Shown here one piece after another: positions 52,096 to 64,000 of a stretch of 64,000 nt of DNA. The notes beneath the pieces were generated by a model that was not told where the DNA came from, did no database searches, and saw only the letters and a list, made by a program, of their open reading frames with translations. Position 1 is the stretch's first letter, and the number at the start of each line of letters is the position of its first letter. The translations under genes were made by a program, and so were the position numbers. The stretch covers positions 14,573,934 through 14,637,933 of the forward strand of contig OZ316899.1 of the NCBI GenBank assembly GCA_973895155.1, read 5' to 3'. This DNA is from Marsupella aquatica. Taxonomy: Eukaryota > Plantae > Marchantiophyta.

Positions 52096-53899
52096 ATACT
52101 CTAGATTTTACATTACAATAATCTAGCATAATTAAATACCAATTCAAAACAATATTTTCATAACATCTTAATAATCCTTGCATCAAACCTCAATGTAAGC
52201 TTACCATGACAAAATCCGAGCTTATTCACTCCATCTTTGACCCCTAGGTATATTTCTAATATTCTTTCCCAATTTACTTGTATGGCGCCCTTCATGAGCG
52301 TTGAGAGAACGCTTTATATGTTTCTTACCAAGCTGCTTATTTTTTAGCGGCAAATTTTGTAAATCCACTTATTTATAAAATCCACTTTATACCCAACCTG
52401 TACACAACAAGACTTTATGAATATGGATGCTTCAATGTTGCTATTTTTTTCAAAGCCAAACTAGTACTATCCAAGTTATTCTTATTCATTAGGCACCATA
52501 AAGGGCATAACCTACTTATGTCAAATCCAAGCCTGTATAGGTTAAGTTAATAAGTTGGGTAGAGTTGTTTGTGTCAAGAAGTGCCATTATTTCTTCACCC
52601 GAGTCTTCACACAAGCCTTCACACAGAAAAGCAATATAGGTGGTTGGATTCGAAACATCGAATGGTATGAAAGTTCTTTTTGAGTTCAGGGACCGCACGA
52701 GTATTCGCACACAAAATGAATCTGGATGGAACGATGCTTGAATTCAAAACATGTAATGGTATGAAAGTTTATTATCACAGACTACACAAGCCTTCGCACG
52801 AGTCTTCTTCACACACAACATGTTGATCGCTACATTCAAAATATGTAATGGCTGGATATTTATGGGAAGACGTGGAATGTTTGCAGATTTTTCAGATTTA
52901 CGGAAGTCTCTAACTGAAATGGGGGTGGACAAAAAATCAGGATTGTGCAAGATTCTTTTTCTTAATATCTGTTTACTTTTACGGACCGGGTAATCGGGCT
53001 ACGTAGTTGTATCAGAGTGCCAAAATGCACAAACCGGGAGACTGGGTCCAACGAGCAAAGCAACCCAAATAAAGGGAAAGAAACAGAAGAGGGGAGGGCC
53101 CCAAGAATAGCCAAAACTCCCAAGAGGCCAAAGAAGGCAAGGAGTCCCCCGTCACAACTAAGGAACCAAAATGTGCAGGTTGAAAGGATTCCCTGAAATA
53201 GCATCATATTTTTATTGTTGTTAGCCTAGCCCACTCAACTCACTGTTAGTCTTTTCCGATAGTGACATACTACAGTAGAGGGCTCCAGAAATCATACTAC
53301 AGCAAAAGTGAGGGCACACTCAATCTAGAGAAGAAGAAGAGAACCAGCATTAAAGGCACTGAACGACTGTCCATTAGCGGAAATACATGAAGGAAAATCC
53401 AATTGCAAACAAAAATACATCGACCACCAGAATCCCAGGAAAGGAAACAAAATCAAAATCTACACTGAATTCAAAGGATAACAAAGCCTAAACGGACAAA
53501 GGTCCATCATTATTCAGAGAAGCCAAAAATCACGTCCCATCCACCCAAATAGCTCCTGCCATCAATCTCCTCTCCTCCATTCTGCATATGACCATTAAGC
53601 CTGTGACGCCACGCTAACCGTGCATATAGATCCTGAGCTCAATCCTAGCATTCATTTTCATACCAGAATCCTAGACACAAATCTGTTCCCTTTCTAATGA
53701 GAAAGAAGCCTTCCAAAGCTGCCAGTTAACACAATCCAACGCAACAAACCCCATACCTGTAAGGGGGACTCCCCCACAGTGCAAAGGAGCCCCGGTACAA
53801 CCGCCAAAGGACCCATGGCTTGCTGCATAATAAACGCAGCCCAAGACCAAATTCTCTGAGAGGCAGGGCTGTTGTTCTGAGATTTCTTCATGAGCACAA

Positions 53900-55875
53900 A
53901 CAGTCTTCACATCTAATGCACCACCCTCTAATAAACCAAACAAACGGAATAATAGAACCATCCTCACAGCGACGAATGGTACGCTTTCCAATGAAATGCT
54001 TAGTAGAATTGGGTCGATGAATCAATTGCCAAAGGAGGTGATTGATCTTTTAGGATTCCAGACGTTATTATATATCAAATGGATGGGATTTACATCACAT
54101 GGATGTCGTAACCGCCGCCCTCAATGGGTGAGGGATACTAACTGACAAGATCTATATGCACCTATATTTCTTTCACTCAAATGGTGACCTTATCATTCTT
54201 ATGTTATATGTCGATGACCTTCTGATTGATTGCTGGTAGTGATCCAGAGACTCACTTGAAAAATCCACTACAAGAATGACATATCTTGACTACAGAAACA
54301 CGCACTGCTCCTTTTGATACGACTACATAATCATTGTCACGCAGTTGGCAAGCTTATATATATCTTCCTCACTCACACTAGACCAAACATGTCTTACGCA
54401 GTACCCATCATTGGGTACGGTACATGAGCTCTCCTCAGAAACTCACTGGGATTCTGTTCAACATATTCTACGGTATCTACATGCAAACTTCCGACCATGG
54501 CATCTCATTTCTTTGCTCTTTCAACAACCTCCCTTCAAGGACTTACCGATGCAGGCTTCCTTGGGTGCACTGAAACTCGACGCTTTCATGGTGCCTATCT
54601 CCTCCGACTGGCGAATGGCCCTATATTCTGTACTGGTCTAGTAAATTACAATCAACTCTTTTCGATAGTACTACTGAACCTGAGTAGAAAGCACTCTCGG
54701 AGGCCGCCAAAGAAGCAGTTCACATCTGTCGACTTCTTGCTGACATTGGTTCTACAGCCACTCAGTCACCTATTCACTCGGATTTAGCAACACGTGTGCA
54801 CCCCAACCACTGCCCGACATTCATCTTCTTTGTCTAACCAGGGTTCAATCAAATTGGCTAATCACCACTTCGACGGTAAACAAACACCACTTTATTAGGG
54901 AGTAAGAGGGGGAAACATCATTGTCCCACACATCAATACAAACAAAAAACCCTGCCGATATCCTTACTGAGCCTCTAGATGATAATTTGAAAAACACCGA
55001 TCATGCATGGGGCTTAAAAAAATCCATAGCTACTAAAACCTAGTTCAGTCCTCCTTAAGCAATACACCTTTCCTCATCAGGAAGAACTCTGCCTCTACCA
55101 ACGTCCAAAAACTCTGATGGCAATTCCTTGGATATCCGCTCACTTCATTGTTCGCCTCTGTCGAAGTTGTGTAAATTCCTGGCCTTCTTCCCACTGCAAC
55201 TGCATAAAATCGACGACGGGACATTCCAGGCTCCTCCATCACTTCGCCAAATCGCCATTGCTTCATCAGCGCTTCCATGTTTGCTTGAGGGGCACTTGGC
55301 CGCTACACTACATTGCTCTTCGATGATAGTTGCAGTACATCGCTCATCAATGACATCACCGGATGCAACAATTGCGGTGACCCCACCTCAGCAGCAACTT
55401 CCTCTACCCGGATCTCTACCTTTTTTGGTCTATTCTCCTTCAGCTCGGCACCTTGCTCCCGGATCCATTGCGCGAACTTACTGCAGCCGACAAATAGTGC
55501 ACGGAGCAACTGCACCAACACTTTCACGAATCCACTTGCCAGCATCAACAACGCTTCTCGAATCGACATCTCCCACCTCGAACCTTCGGACAAATTTGAT
55601 GTTGTGTTTGCCTTGAAAGCCAAATCAAAGTAGACTGTTTGCTTCACTCACTTAGTCAAGAGGGGGTGTTGGAAATCAACTCGTATAAGATGACTTATAA
55701 CAAGGCCGGCCTCAACGGTCATCCAATTTGACGCCTCCACTCCACTTTCTCCCCGGCCCCCACTGCTATCTGTCTGTCTGAGGTACCGTTGATGTTAGGT
55801 TTGTCTGCCCTACCGTCAATTCTCAGCTACTTGTAGGGGAGGCATGACGGACACCTCATGTAGCAAGTACAACAT
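53900..55875 (+). mobile_element. Ty1/copia remnant (INT fragment, RT, RNase H, extra antisense ORF, PPT, probable 3' LTR)
   Basis: RNNRTIL (INT); MDVVTAALNG and LMLYVDDLLI (RT); HWDSVQHILRYL, LQGLTDAGFLGC, KALSEAAKEAV, PADILTEPL (RH); AAGAGGGGG-TGTTGG at ~55658-55672. Both ends approximate. Confidence 0.88.
55045..55647 (-). pseudogene. Antisense ORF ending in an RNase H1 N-terminal hybrid-binding (Cauli_VI-type) domain; one in-frame TAG
   Basis: FYAVAVGRRPGIYTTSTEANNEVSGYPRNCHQSFWTLVEAEFFL matches the hybrid-binding domain consensus. ORFs 55303-55647 and 55045-55278 share a frame and are separated by a single TAG. Confidence 0.8.
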
Positions 55876-56448
55876 CTGCTTCTACCAACAGCATTGTGAT
55901 GACAGGTAATGGCACTGCTCGCAAGTGTCGTGCAGCATGCCCTTGCATTGAAAGGCATTGAGATGACACACCTGAGGTGGGCATTGACTGCTTCATGTGG
56001 ACATTGCACCTGGGTTCGAAGTATTCCTTGCCTTGCCTTCGGAAAAGCTACTCCTACAAATGCTTCACACTGCATGTGATCAATTGTCATTACTGAGAAA
56101 CAGTCATGCGGAACCTGCGACCCCAGCGAGTGTGGTGGCTCGTACATCACATAAGATTTTGTGACTAACGAGTTATTTTTGGGCATACGGTATTCCTTCG
56201 CAGCTGTAGTGACAAGAGCACTTTGTCATGGGACACATGTAACGGTTTTTGGTAGAGTGTAAGGAGGATGTTACTCCCAATTTTGTAAAGATGTTTGTAA
56301 ATTTTGGTGCGAATTTAATTTCCCTATCAAATGATGCAAAGCAATTAATTTCCTATTAAGCAATGCAAGCAATTACCTAGCATGTTCTTGCTTGGTTAAG
56401 TTATGTGTATTGGATACGGCAATGACATGATTGATTGTACTAAGATTA

Positions 56449-57776
56449 TTACTCGCACTCTCCATTGACTGGGAATGTGACGGTTGCCACAAGTTCGCAA
56501 ACAACACTACTTTGGTTTGTTTGCTTTCGTTCCTTGGAAAGTCTACAAAAGTTCCAACCTCGACAAAAGTCTTCAAACAAGACCGATCGAGTCTGATTGA
56601 AGTCGGCAATTAGCTGCAACTCAGGCGACTCGGTTATCACATCTGGTTTTGCAAACTCTGCTCGTAGTAGGGTCACAACTCGGGAGGGTTTCTGGCCTGT
56701 GATCTTTGCAGAATGAAGGAGGGATTGGGATAAGCTCTTAGGGCAAAGGCATTGCTCTGTTTTGTGGACACGGAGAAGTCCAACTCAATATAGTGGAGGT
56801 CTTCCCTCGCTGCTGCGATGAGCATAGGATTTAGGCGGCAATGTCAGATATCAGTTTGTAATCACGCTTTCGTCAAGGTGTCGGAAATATTTTACGTCTT
56901 CAAGTCCGGGGTGCAGAGAGAGTGGGACTACCCTAAACAAGGCTTTTGTCAGGATGGAGTTTAGGATAGTTCCAGTTTTGAATGGAACGGTACAGTCCAA
57001 GTTTCGACATTTGGTAAGAATTTGTGCTTTCGCTGTGCAATGATACTGAGGACGCGGCATTGACTGAAGTCTTCAACCCATTTTCTCTAAATGGTATGGA
57101 TTCCTGTGCTGTGCAACTATGGACTTTGTCATTCAAAACAATTTTGTGTGACCCTTCCATGAATTGTGAGCACCACCTTTGTGAAACATGTATGCGCAAT
57201 GATGTCGGTTCCATACGCCTGCCCATCCCACACATTGGCATATTTGATTGGGTGAAAACCTCTTCGTATGTTTATAATAAGTGAAGACGGTGAAGTCACA
57301 CAGGAGCTAAGCATGCTTGCGGCCAGCACATGTTTATATTTTTTCAGCGCCCGGGATCAGCTATGGCCAGGAGTTGCTTTTGTCTGTAATTTTCCTGTAT
57401 TGCAGGTTGCATGACTTTGTAGAATAACATGCAACCGATATGTAATGAGCAACCGTGTGTCAATTCAATGTACTGGATCATTCACGGTCGAAGATGTATT
57501 GCAGGTTATTTCACGGACACCATCGGTGGGCAAGGTAAATTTGGCGAGCGCATCTTTGGGAAGTGCATAGTCGGCAACCTTGTGGGCTGCTCTACATGTA
57601 CTTAATTTGCATCCAGTGCTCCTTAACCTATTGCAAGTCGACAACCTCTTCGTCTCTTTGTGAGGTAGTCCGTGCCCAGTGGAATTTCAACACTCGACAT
57701 TTTTGTGGGCGAGTGTACAACCGAATTTCAACTGCCTCAAAGTAACCTTTTCCTCAGGTGCTTGGTTACAAGTCAT
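56449..57776 (-). pseudogene. Long decayed ORF of unknown identity
   Basis: One frame reads from ATG 57776 for more than 250 codons with only isolated TGA/TAG stops, then shifts frame. No domain recognised. Confidence 0.3.
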
Positions 57777-59701
57777 GTTGACTGTTGAGCTTTAGTAGCG
57801 TCAATTGGTTACTCCAGAACAACGGGCCCATCTTCTACTCATACTTTCTCTGAATCCGATTTCTCTCCGTTGCATCCAACTTCCCAAGATTTCCATATAT
57901 CTCAAGTTTCGATCATCTATTGTATGAAAATGTTCTTCCTAAATAACCTGACATCTCCATGTATGCCCCTGCTATGCGAGATTCGGCCAGGAAGTAGCCT
58001 GTGAAGGGGACGGCCTTCAGTAATGTTTTTTTGCCACAATGGATCTGTCGACGGTGAGATGTTACATAGCGGGAGGGGCTTGCAAAGCCTGCGGATCTTT
58101 GGTGTAGTTCTGTACAGGCAGCAAGTGTTGGGTCTGGCCCCGCGAGGGAGGGGACAAATTGATTAGCCTCTGACGCTCTGCATCAGGGGTGACTGCGGAT
58201 GTTTGTTGGGCAAAGTTGCCCATAAATTAAAGTCCGAGTCTCTGGAAGACACGAAGGAATTAATGCATGCAATCGGGTTCCCGCGTGTTGTTTTTAAAAT
58301 GTAGAAAGCTTGCCCAAAGGTGGTGTTCATTTCTGTGCCCCGATGCGTGTGAAATGAATGATTTCTGGAGCGTTTTCAAATCTCAGGACATCCCCTCAAA
58401 TTGGAGCCAACTCCCCTATAAAGCAGGATAGGCCTGCCATGCGTGAACTGATTTCAAGCCGACATCCTAATTTCGTGCTAAAGAGCACAAATCCAAATGT
58501 TGGTTGGACATGAACGACACGATTGTCGCTTAGGTTGATGGGGATCTGCTGGCATCCTTATAATATGAGGGAATCAAGTTTAAGTAAACAATAAACTTAT
58601 CCGTAAAGTAACTTCAACTGCCATCATAGCTCCTAGGTTAGCAGTAAATGCACTCTACCGAACCAAGAGGGATGCTTCCGAACGTAAACGCCCGACAACT
58701 AACATCGCAACCAACTACAAAGGAAACTTATTGAGGACCAAACTGTATTCACGTCCCAAAGAGGAGGTCACTGGAGTTTGCACCTGCCAGGGGGCCCTTG
58801 CACTTGTGACTCCGCATTGCCCGTTGCATCTAGCTGCACTTCCAGGCTACAAGCAAGAGTGTTGGAAGAGCCGACATGCTTCACTGAATAGAGGGCAAGG
58901 GGTACCTTTGGCCTTCGACATTCCAATGCATCATAGAGCCTACATCGCAAGCATGAGAAGCGATGCAGATTTTATGGACGCCGGTGGGGAAGAATTGATT
59001 GAGCGGCGATATATGAGAAGTGCGTAGGACCTGGCGCGAGAGGAATTTTGTGTGGTTCGGTGGGGAGCAATTGTGTTGTTGGGTGAATTAGCATCCAATG
59101 CATTGTAGAGCCTATGTTGCAGGTATGAGAAGCTATGGAGATTTTATGGACGCCGGTGGGAAAGAATTCATATGAGAAGTGGACAGGAGGAATTTTATGT
59201 GGTTGGGTGGGATGCAATTGTAATCTTAGGTGAGACGACACGGGAAATTGTTGCACGAAGGGATGGATGAACCCGATAGGCATCAAGCATGGCTGCTAGG
59301 CTCACAGGGGATGAATCTTGGTCACAATCAAGGTCACTACAAAAGCTTGAAGCTTCTCTCAAGGATCGCACTCTATGCATTCCATTGTGGATCAACACAC
59401 CCTAGCTCATTCTCTGTCTACGCACTGCTTTTTGTAATTTCTACAGGCACTCTACACTCTTTTGAGGACTACGATCGATAGGTCACTATGTCATCGGTCC
59501 ATAGAAGTAAGAAAGTCCACTCTAAGTCCTAGTCAGGCTTGATGCTCACATGTATTATATTTCCTATGGCTGACCAGTGAATTGGAATTTGTATGTTGTG
59601 CTAATTGAATGTAATCCTAGTTCAATTGAAAGTCTATTCAATTTGCAATTCTAATTACGTTTGAAATGATTACCGGCTTGCTGTTTCTATGATCGACAGG
59701 A

Positions 59702-60712
59702 ATGCCAACCATGAAGCAAGTTGCTCGCAACAGGGACTTGGAAGGGCACATGCAACTTGGATCTGAGTTGCCTCCGCTGATCGAGCTCACTGAACTGATT
59801 GAAAGTTGGAGTGAAGTTAGCAGTGAATCTTTTGACAACAGCTACAAGGCTTTCGCTCACAACAACCAGGAGAACATTGACCCCAACCATAGTTGTGGCT
59901 CTGAACCTGAATGGATGAAAGAGCACAATCCAAATGTGCTTCCTCCACCCATGCAAGCTACGAAGTCTCAAAGGAAGAGGACATTGGTGGATTCCATCCA
60001 CTTGAGCACTCTGGTGGCAGCTTATTCGATGGCTTTCAGTGATTACTCCAAGGGCAGGAAGCAGAAAGTGAACCAATTGGTTCCAAGTGTTGTTTGGAAG
60101 AAGGTCTACGAGAAATACATTCAAAAGTATCCCCAATCTCCCTTTGCTGAAGACACATTAAAAGAGAAGCTTCGTGATGCTTTGAAGGAGTTGAAAACAG
60201 GGACTTCAAACGAGGAGAATGGAGACCGTGTTGCCTTGCAAGATGAGGAGGCCTTTCAACGTCTCCAAACAACCGATGGTCATGCAAAGAGGAATGTCTT
60301 AAAATGGAGGCAGAGCATTATTGATGGCACTGCTTCGATTCCTGACATTGCAGCACCTGCCCCCCCAGTTGAGCCACGAGTTCCATCACCAACAACCCCA
60401 CAGTATGTTGTTCGGGATGGCACCAGCGCAACCAAGCCCCCAGATGCCCCATCAAAATTCAATGAGAAGGTGCACATGACCAAAGGACAGATGTTGATGA
60501 AACAATCAACCAGCTTTGCAGCATTGGCAGAAGCCTTCACTCAGTCCAATGTGAAGAGAGAAGCTTATCTAGAGAAGAAAATCTCGCTTGCTACAGATAG
60601 ACAGAAGAAGAACCAGATTGAAATTTTGAAGAATGCTTTAGATTTTGGGGTGCTCACCGATGAGGAGTTCAGGCATCAGGTTAAGCTTGTCATAGGTCAG
60701 ATTGGGTTGTAG
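59702..60712 (+). CDS. Harbinger-type ORF1: Myb/SANT (trihelix-like) DNA-binding protein with SHOCT-like C-terminus
   Basis: Intact 336-aa ORF. HLSTLVAAY...VWKKVYEKY..DTLKEKLRDALKEL; C-terminal IEILKNALDFGVLTDEEFRHQVKLVI. Confidence 0.75.
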   Translation: MPTMKQVARNRDLEGHMQLGSELPPLIELTELIESWSEVSSESFDNSYKAFAHNNQENIDPNHSCGSEPEWMKEHNPNVLPPPMQATKSQRKRTLVDSIHLSTLVAAYSMAFSDYSKGRKQKVNQLVPSVVWKKVYEKYIQKYPQSPFAEDTLKEKLRDALKELKTGTSNEENGDRVALQDEEAFQRLQTTDGHAKRNVLKWRQSIIDGTASIPDIAAPAPPVEPRVPSPTTPQYVVRDGTSATKPPDAPSKFNEKVHMTKGQMLMKQSTSFAALAEAFTQSNVKREAYLEKKISLATDRQKKNQIEILKNALDFGVLTDEEFRHQVKLVIGQIGL

Positions 60713-61090
60713 CTAGATTGCATGGTTTGGTACAGACTGTTACATGGGAGCCACTTGTTCTTATGACAACTCCTTGTTGTCTCTCCATGCTTAATAAAGT
60801 TCCAACACCAATTTTGAAATTGAATTGTTATTCAACTTGTGTGGACAAATGGTGCATTGGAAAATGGACTCTGCAATTAAATGACATCATTCCTGTGTGC
60901 TTACAGATGTTTGTGAAGTGGAGAAAAAATTGTCATTTTGTACCATGCATGGAACAAGTTTATAAAATTACCCATCTATTGGACACAGACAGATTCACAG
61001 ACATAGAGAAGATCATCAAAGTAACTCCTGCTTGATTATGAATCTCTACAAGCAAACGTCATATGGTGACTACCTAGACTAATTGATGAG

Positions 61091-62235
61091 CTAGAAGTCA
61101 CCTTCCCAACCATAATCGTCATTCCTGTGGTGCTCGCCAACAACCTCATAGGCTAAATCTTGTCTTCTCCTTTGTAGAAAATTAGTGAGTAAGGCTGCTG
61201 CTCGAACTAGAACAGTGTACTTCTCACGAGTACAATCATACCTCTTCATGAGCCTCCTCCATTTTCTCTTTAAACCTCCGATTCCCCATTCTACCTTAAT
61301 ACGATATCCTGCATGCATTTTGTTGTATGCAGAGATAGCGCCTACATCAGCTCCTTCAGGCATTTCTTGTGTACCAAGCCTCCTCATAATGTATTGCTCT
61401 TCTCCCATGTACCCAGGGTCCCCTAGTAGAAATTCAAAGTATTCATCAGTATGAGTGAAGTGTTGTCGCCAATTCTGGTGCAAAGGAGACACACGCAAAA
61501 TATTAACGTCATGGGCAGAACCTGGAAAACCAAGGTCCAGGTGTATAAACAGTCCATTGTGGTCAACAATGACAGTATTGTTGTAGGAATACATTTTCTT
61601 CCGGCCGTTGAACCATGTAGAATGATCTTCACATTTTGGCCGATGAATCTTGATGAGAGTTCCATCAATAATTCCTATGCATCCTTGAAAAGTTGGAACC
61701 TCTGTGCCTAAAATCCTCCTCTCTACAGCATTCGGCCATCTGATTTTGTTGGCATTGCTTCATTGATACATGAAGCAACGAAGATCTGGTCATCACATAC
61801 TGAACTCCTTGACCAATTCCAGCAAAAAGCATCAAAAATCACAATGTTGTCATGCCTCATGAAGAGAATGAAATTGAGCAATCTTTGTTCTAGATTCAGC
61901 TTCATAGGGTGGCCCCGTGTCACATGCTCCATGCCAGTCGACCTTGCATTCTGACTAATCAATGGACAGACCACATGGCATAGCTCGTGGAATTCTTCAA
62001 GTGAGAAATTGGTAAGACTCTTGAAAAAGCCAGGGGTGGCACTCATGGCAGCAAGAACATCCCTCACTCCGACATTGTGGTTCACAGTAGTTTGCATCGC
62101 TAGCTCATTTTCATTGAAGAATGCTTCTAATTGCTCCACTAGCGCTGCCAAGCCAGCAATTAATAGGATCTCTTGTTTGATGTCGTCCATCATTTCTTCA
62201 TCGCTAGATGAAGAACTTCCTGTGTCAGATGCCAT
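61091..62235 (-). pseudogene. DDE transposase (DDE_Tnp_4 with HTH), broken by a single 1-bp frameshift near 61753
   Basis: FKSLTNFSLEEFHEL, LNLEQRLLNFILFMRH, then after the shift IRWP..GCIGIIDGT, GFPGSAHDVNIL, LLGDPGY, YNKMHAGYRIKVEWGIGGLK. The D-D-E triad is intact. Confidence 0.93.
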
Positions 62236-63122
62236 CTAGAAATGTGGCCAAACTTTTGACCACGCCGTCTAGCACCGACACAACACTTAGGCGCCTCTAG
62301 TGTAGAGGAGCTTTGATCTTGACAAGGAATTGCATGCGCGCAATCTTGCTACAACTTCCTGTTCCCCTTGCCTGCAACTCACATTTGTGTCTCGTGTGCC
62401 CTTTGTGTTTGACTATAGCTTCCCTATTCTCCTCGCCTGCAACTCTCTTCCTTCAAGGCGTGTCAATGAAATCACATTGATCCAGGGTCCCTGCCCACAT
62501 TACCATTGCGTCTCCGATTGGCTGACATGTGTCTCTCCAGTTCGAACCAGGTTGTATTCTCCCGTGTTACTTTAACCCAAGAGCAAAGTTTATCGAGTTT
62601 ACGGAAAGGGATCAAATCTGCCCAAGCCTGAATATTGGAGGAAGAAATGCATGATGAATTTACGGATAAGTTTAATAGCAATGATTTTTTGCTGCATAGC
62701 TCGGTTTGGGGGAGCTTCCGGGGAAAAATGGCTACTGCTTTTTCATTATTGCTCTCTCATTACGGTTGCCACTCACTGCTAATCCTACAGTGCATCCGCG
62801 CTTCTTTCCATGCTACTATCGCACTCATTTAATGCAATAGTCAACATTGACTCGTGGTCGTCCATCCCACGCTGTTGTTGAGGCCTTAATCCAAGACTGC
62901 GCGGGTCAAACATACAGGGGAAACCATATATTTGGGGACGTGCATAAGGATTGCGCGACATGACATGACATGACATGATTGTATGTAGACATTCCGACAC
63001 ACAATTACACAAATTCCAAGGGTTGCGCTACATGCATCAGGCCCTGAAGTTTCTATCGAGTTTACTCACTCCTCGTCATACCCTAGTACACATGCAAGAC
63101 AAAAATATTTGTCGGCCCAGTC

Positions 63123-64000
63123 ATTTGACATATTTAGAGGCCTCCTGTCGCCTGTAGGCCAGCTCCATTCTTCTCTGTTGGCGGAGCCAATTTCTATGTT
63201 GATGCCTCCGGATTTCTCTCATTCTGGGAGTCTCTCCTGCAATGACATCAGAAAGATACACGACCTCCAACTCGTGTTCGGCGAATGTACTTTCAAAATC
63301 TCCCTGAGGATCTTCGGCTTCCGGATCTTGGACTATGATATGCTCACTCCATCAATGGCTCTTGTTTTGAGTATCGGATCTTCCCCTCTGAAGAACTGAG
63401 AAGCAATACATAAATTATACATGCTTGGGCAAATATGGCCCAAATAACTCGGCCGCCACATCCCATGGTTCAATCTCGCCCAATCTTGACCTTGCAGCTC
63501 TACTGTTTCCTATCAACAATTGTTTCAGACTCCGTGCTAGGCAATACCATTTAAAGATCTGGGGATCCAGTAGCACTGGTCGATTGATCTTCCTTTTGTG
63601 AATATCGCTCACCCACTTCATCATTGGTACGTGATGCGCTTCATTGCCTACCGTTTCTGCTCCCGGCATACTAATTCTTATGGCAGGGTGATGGTGCCAG
63701 ATCGAGTAGTAGATCTGTCGTGTGGTCCCCTCGATGTACACCCCCCATACTCCGTGGCGACCTGGTCCTGCTTCCTCTCTTAAAAACCCTGCTGGCGGTT
63801 CTCTTGGTGCCCACCCCACGTATGGGCCGAAATACGCTCCTACTTCTCTAGACTGAACAGATCTTTCCATCCACCTCATCAGATCTTCCGTGGGCATCAG
63901 ATCTTCCCACCAACTCATCTGGGACGGAGAATGGTGCTCCAAGTCCGCCGCGGGAAATGGGAACCCGTCTAACCGCTGTAGGTTGTCCAGCTCACTAGCT
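63123..64000 (-). pseudogene. Decayed ORF of unknown function, probably TE-derived, running toward the window edge
   Basis: The 175-aa ORF continues in the same frame through TAA and TGA into an acidic/Arg-rich tail ending near 63123. Confidence 0.35.

Larger units (their letters stand above)
58589..62673. mobile_element. PIF/Harbinger-ISL2EU (IS5-like) DNA transposon with two convergent ORFs; termini not resolved
   Basis: DDE_Tnp_4-type transposase plus Myb/SANT-like ORF; second copy at 22277-25691; inverted 15-mer AAACTTATCCGTAAA at 58593-58607 and 62659-62673. Confidence 0.85.

Noticed and set aside
62881-62889. AGGCCT-TAA as the right TIR/TSD of the Harbinger element
   Set aside because: No matching left TIR found near 58.3-58.6 kb.

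Overview
Eukaryotic, repeat-rich land-plant DNA, most likely a bryophyte (liverwort or moss), inferred from the type-B response regulator sequence, scattered TTTAGGG motifs and the TE families present. One clear host gene: a five-exon type-B cytokinin response regulator (REC + GARP/Myb, minus strand, 9903-12209). Most of the rest is transposon-derived: a decayed chromodomain-bearing Ty3/gypsy element (1-8204), two Ty1/copia remnants, two L1 LINE remnants, a near-intact PIF/Harbinger-type element (about 58.6-62.7 kb) with an older, LINE-interrupted copy (about 22.3-25.7 kb), several TE-accessory coiled-coil pseudogenes, and many small tandem or dispersed repeats. The most unusual feature is a co-oriented, apparently intronless minus-strand cassette at about 25.8-28.6 kb: triple zinc-finger ORF, coiled-coil ORF, then a TET/JBP-like 2OG-Fe(II) dioxygenase with intact HxD...H...R motifs, with a repeat array at its 5' side. 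It resembles the transposon-borne TET/JBP modules of fungi and is a candidate mobile DNA-modification (anti-silencing) system in a land plant. A second oddity is a copia remnant with an antisense ORF ending in an RNase H1-type RNA:DNA hybrid-binding domain. All family assignments come from motif recognition by eye; no database searches were run.
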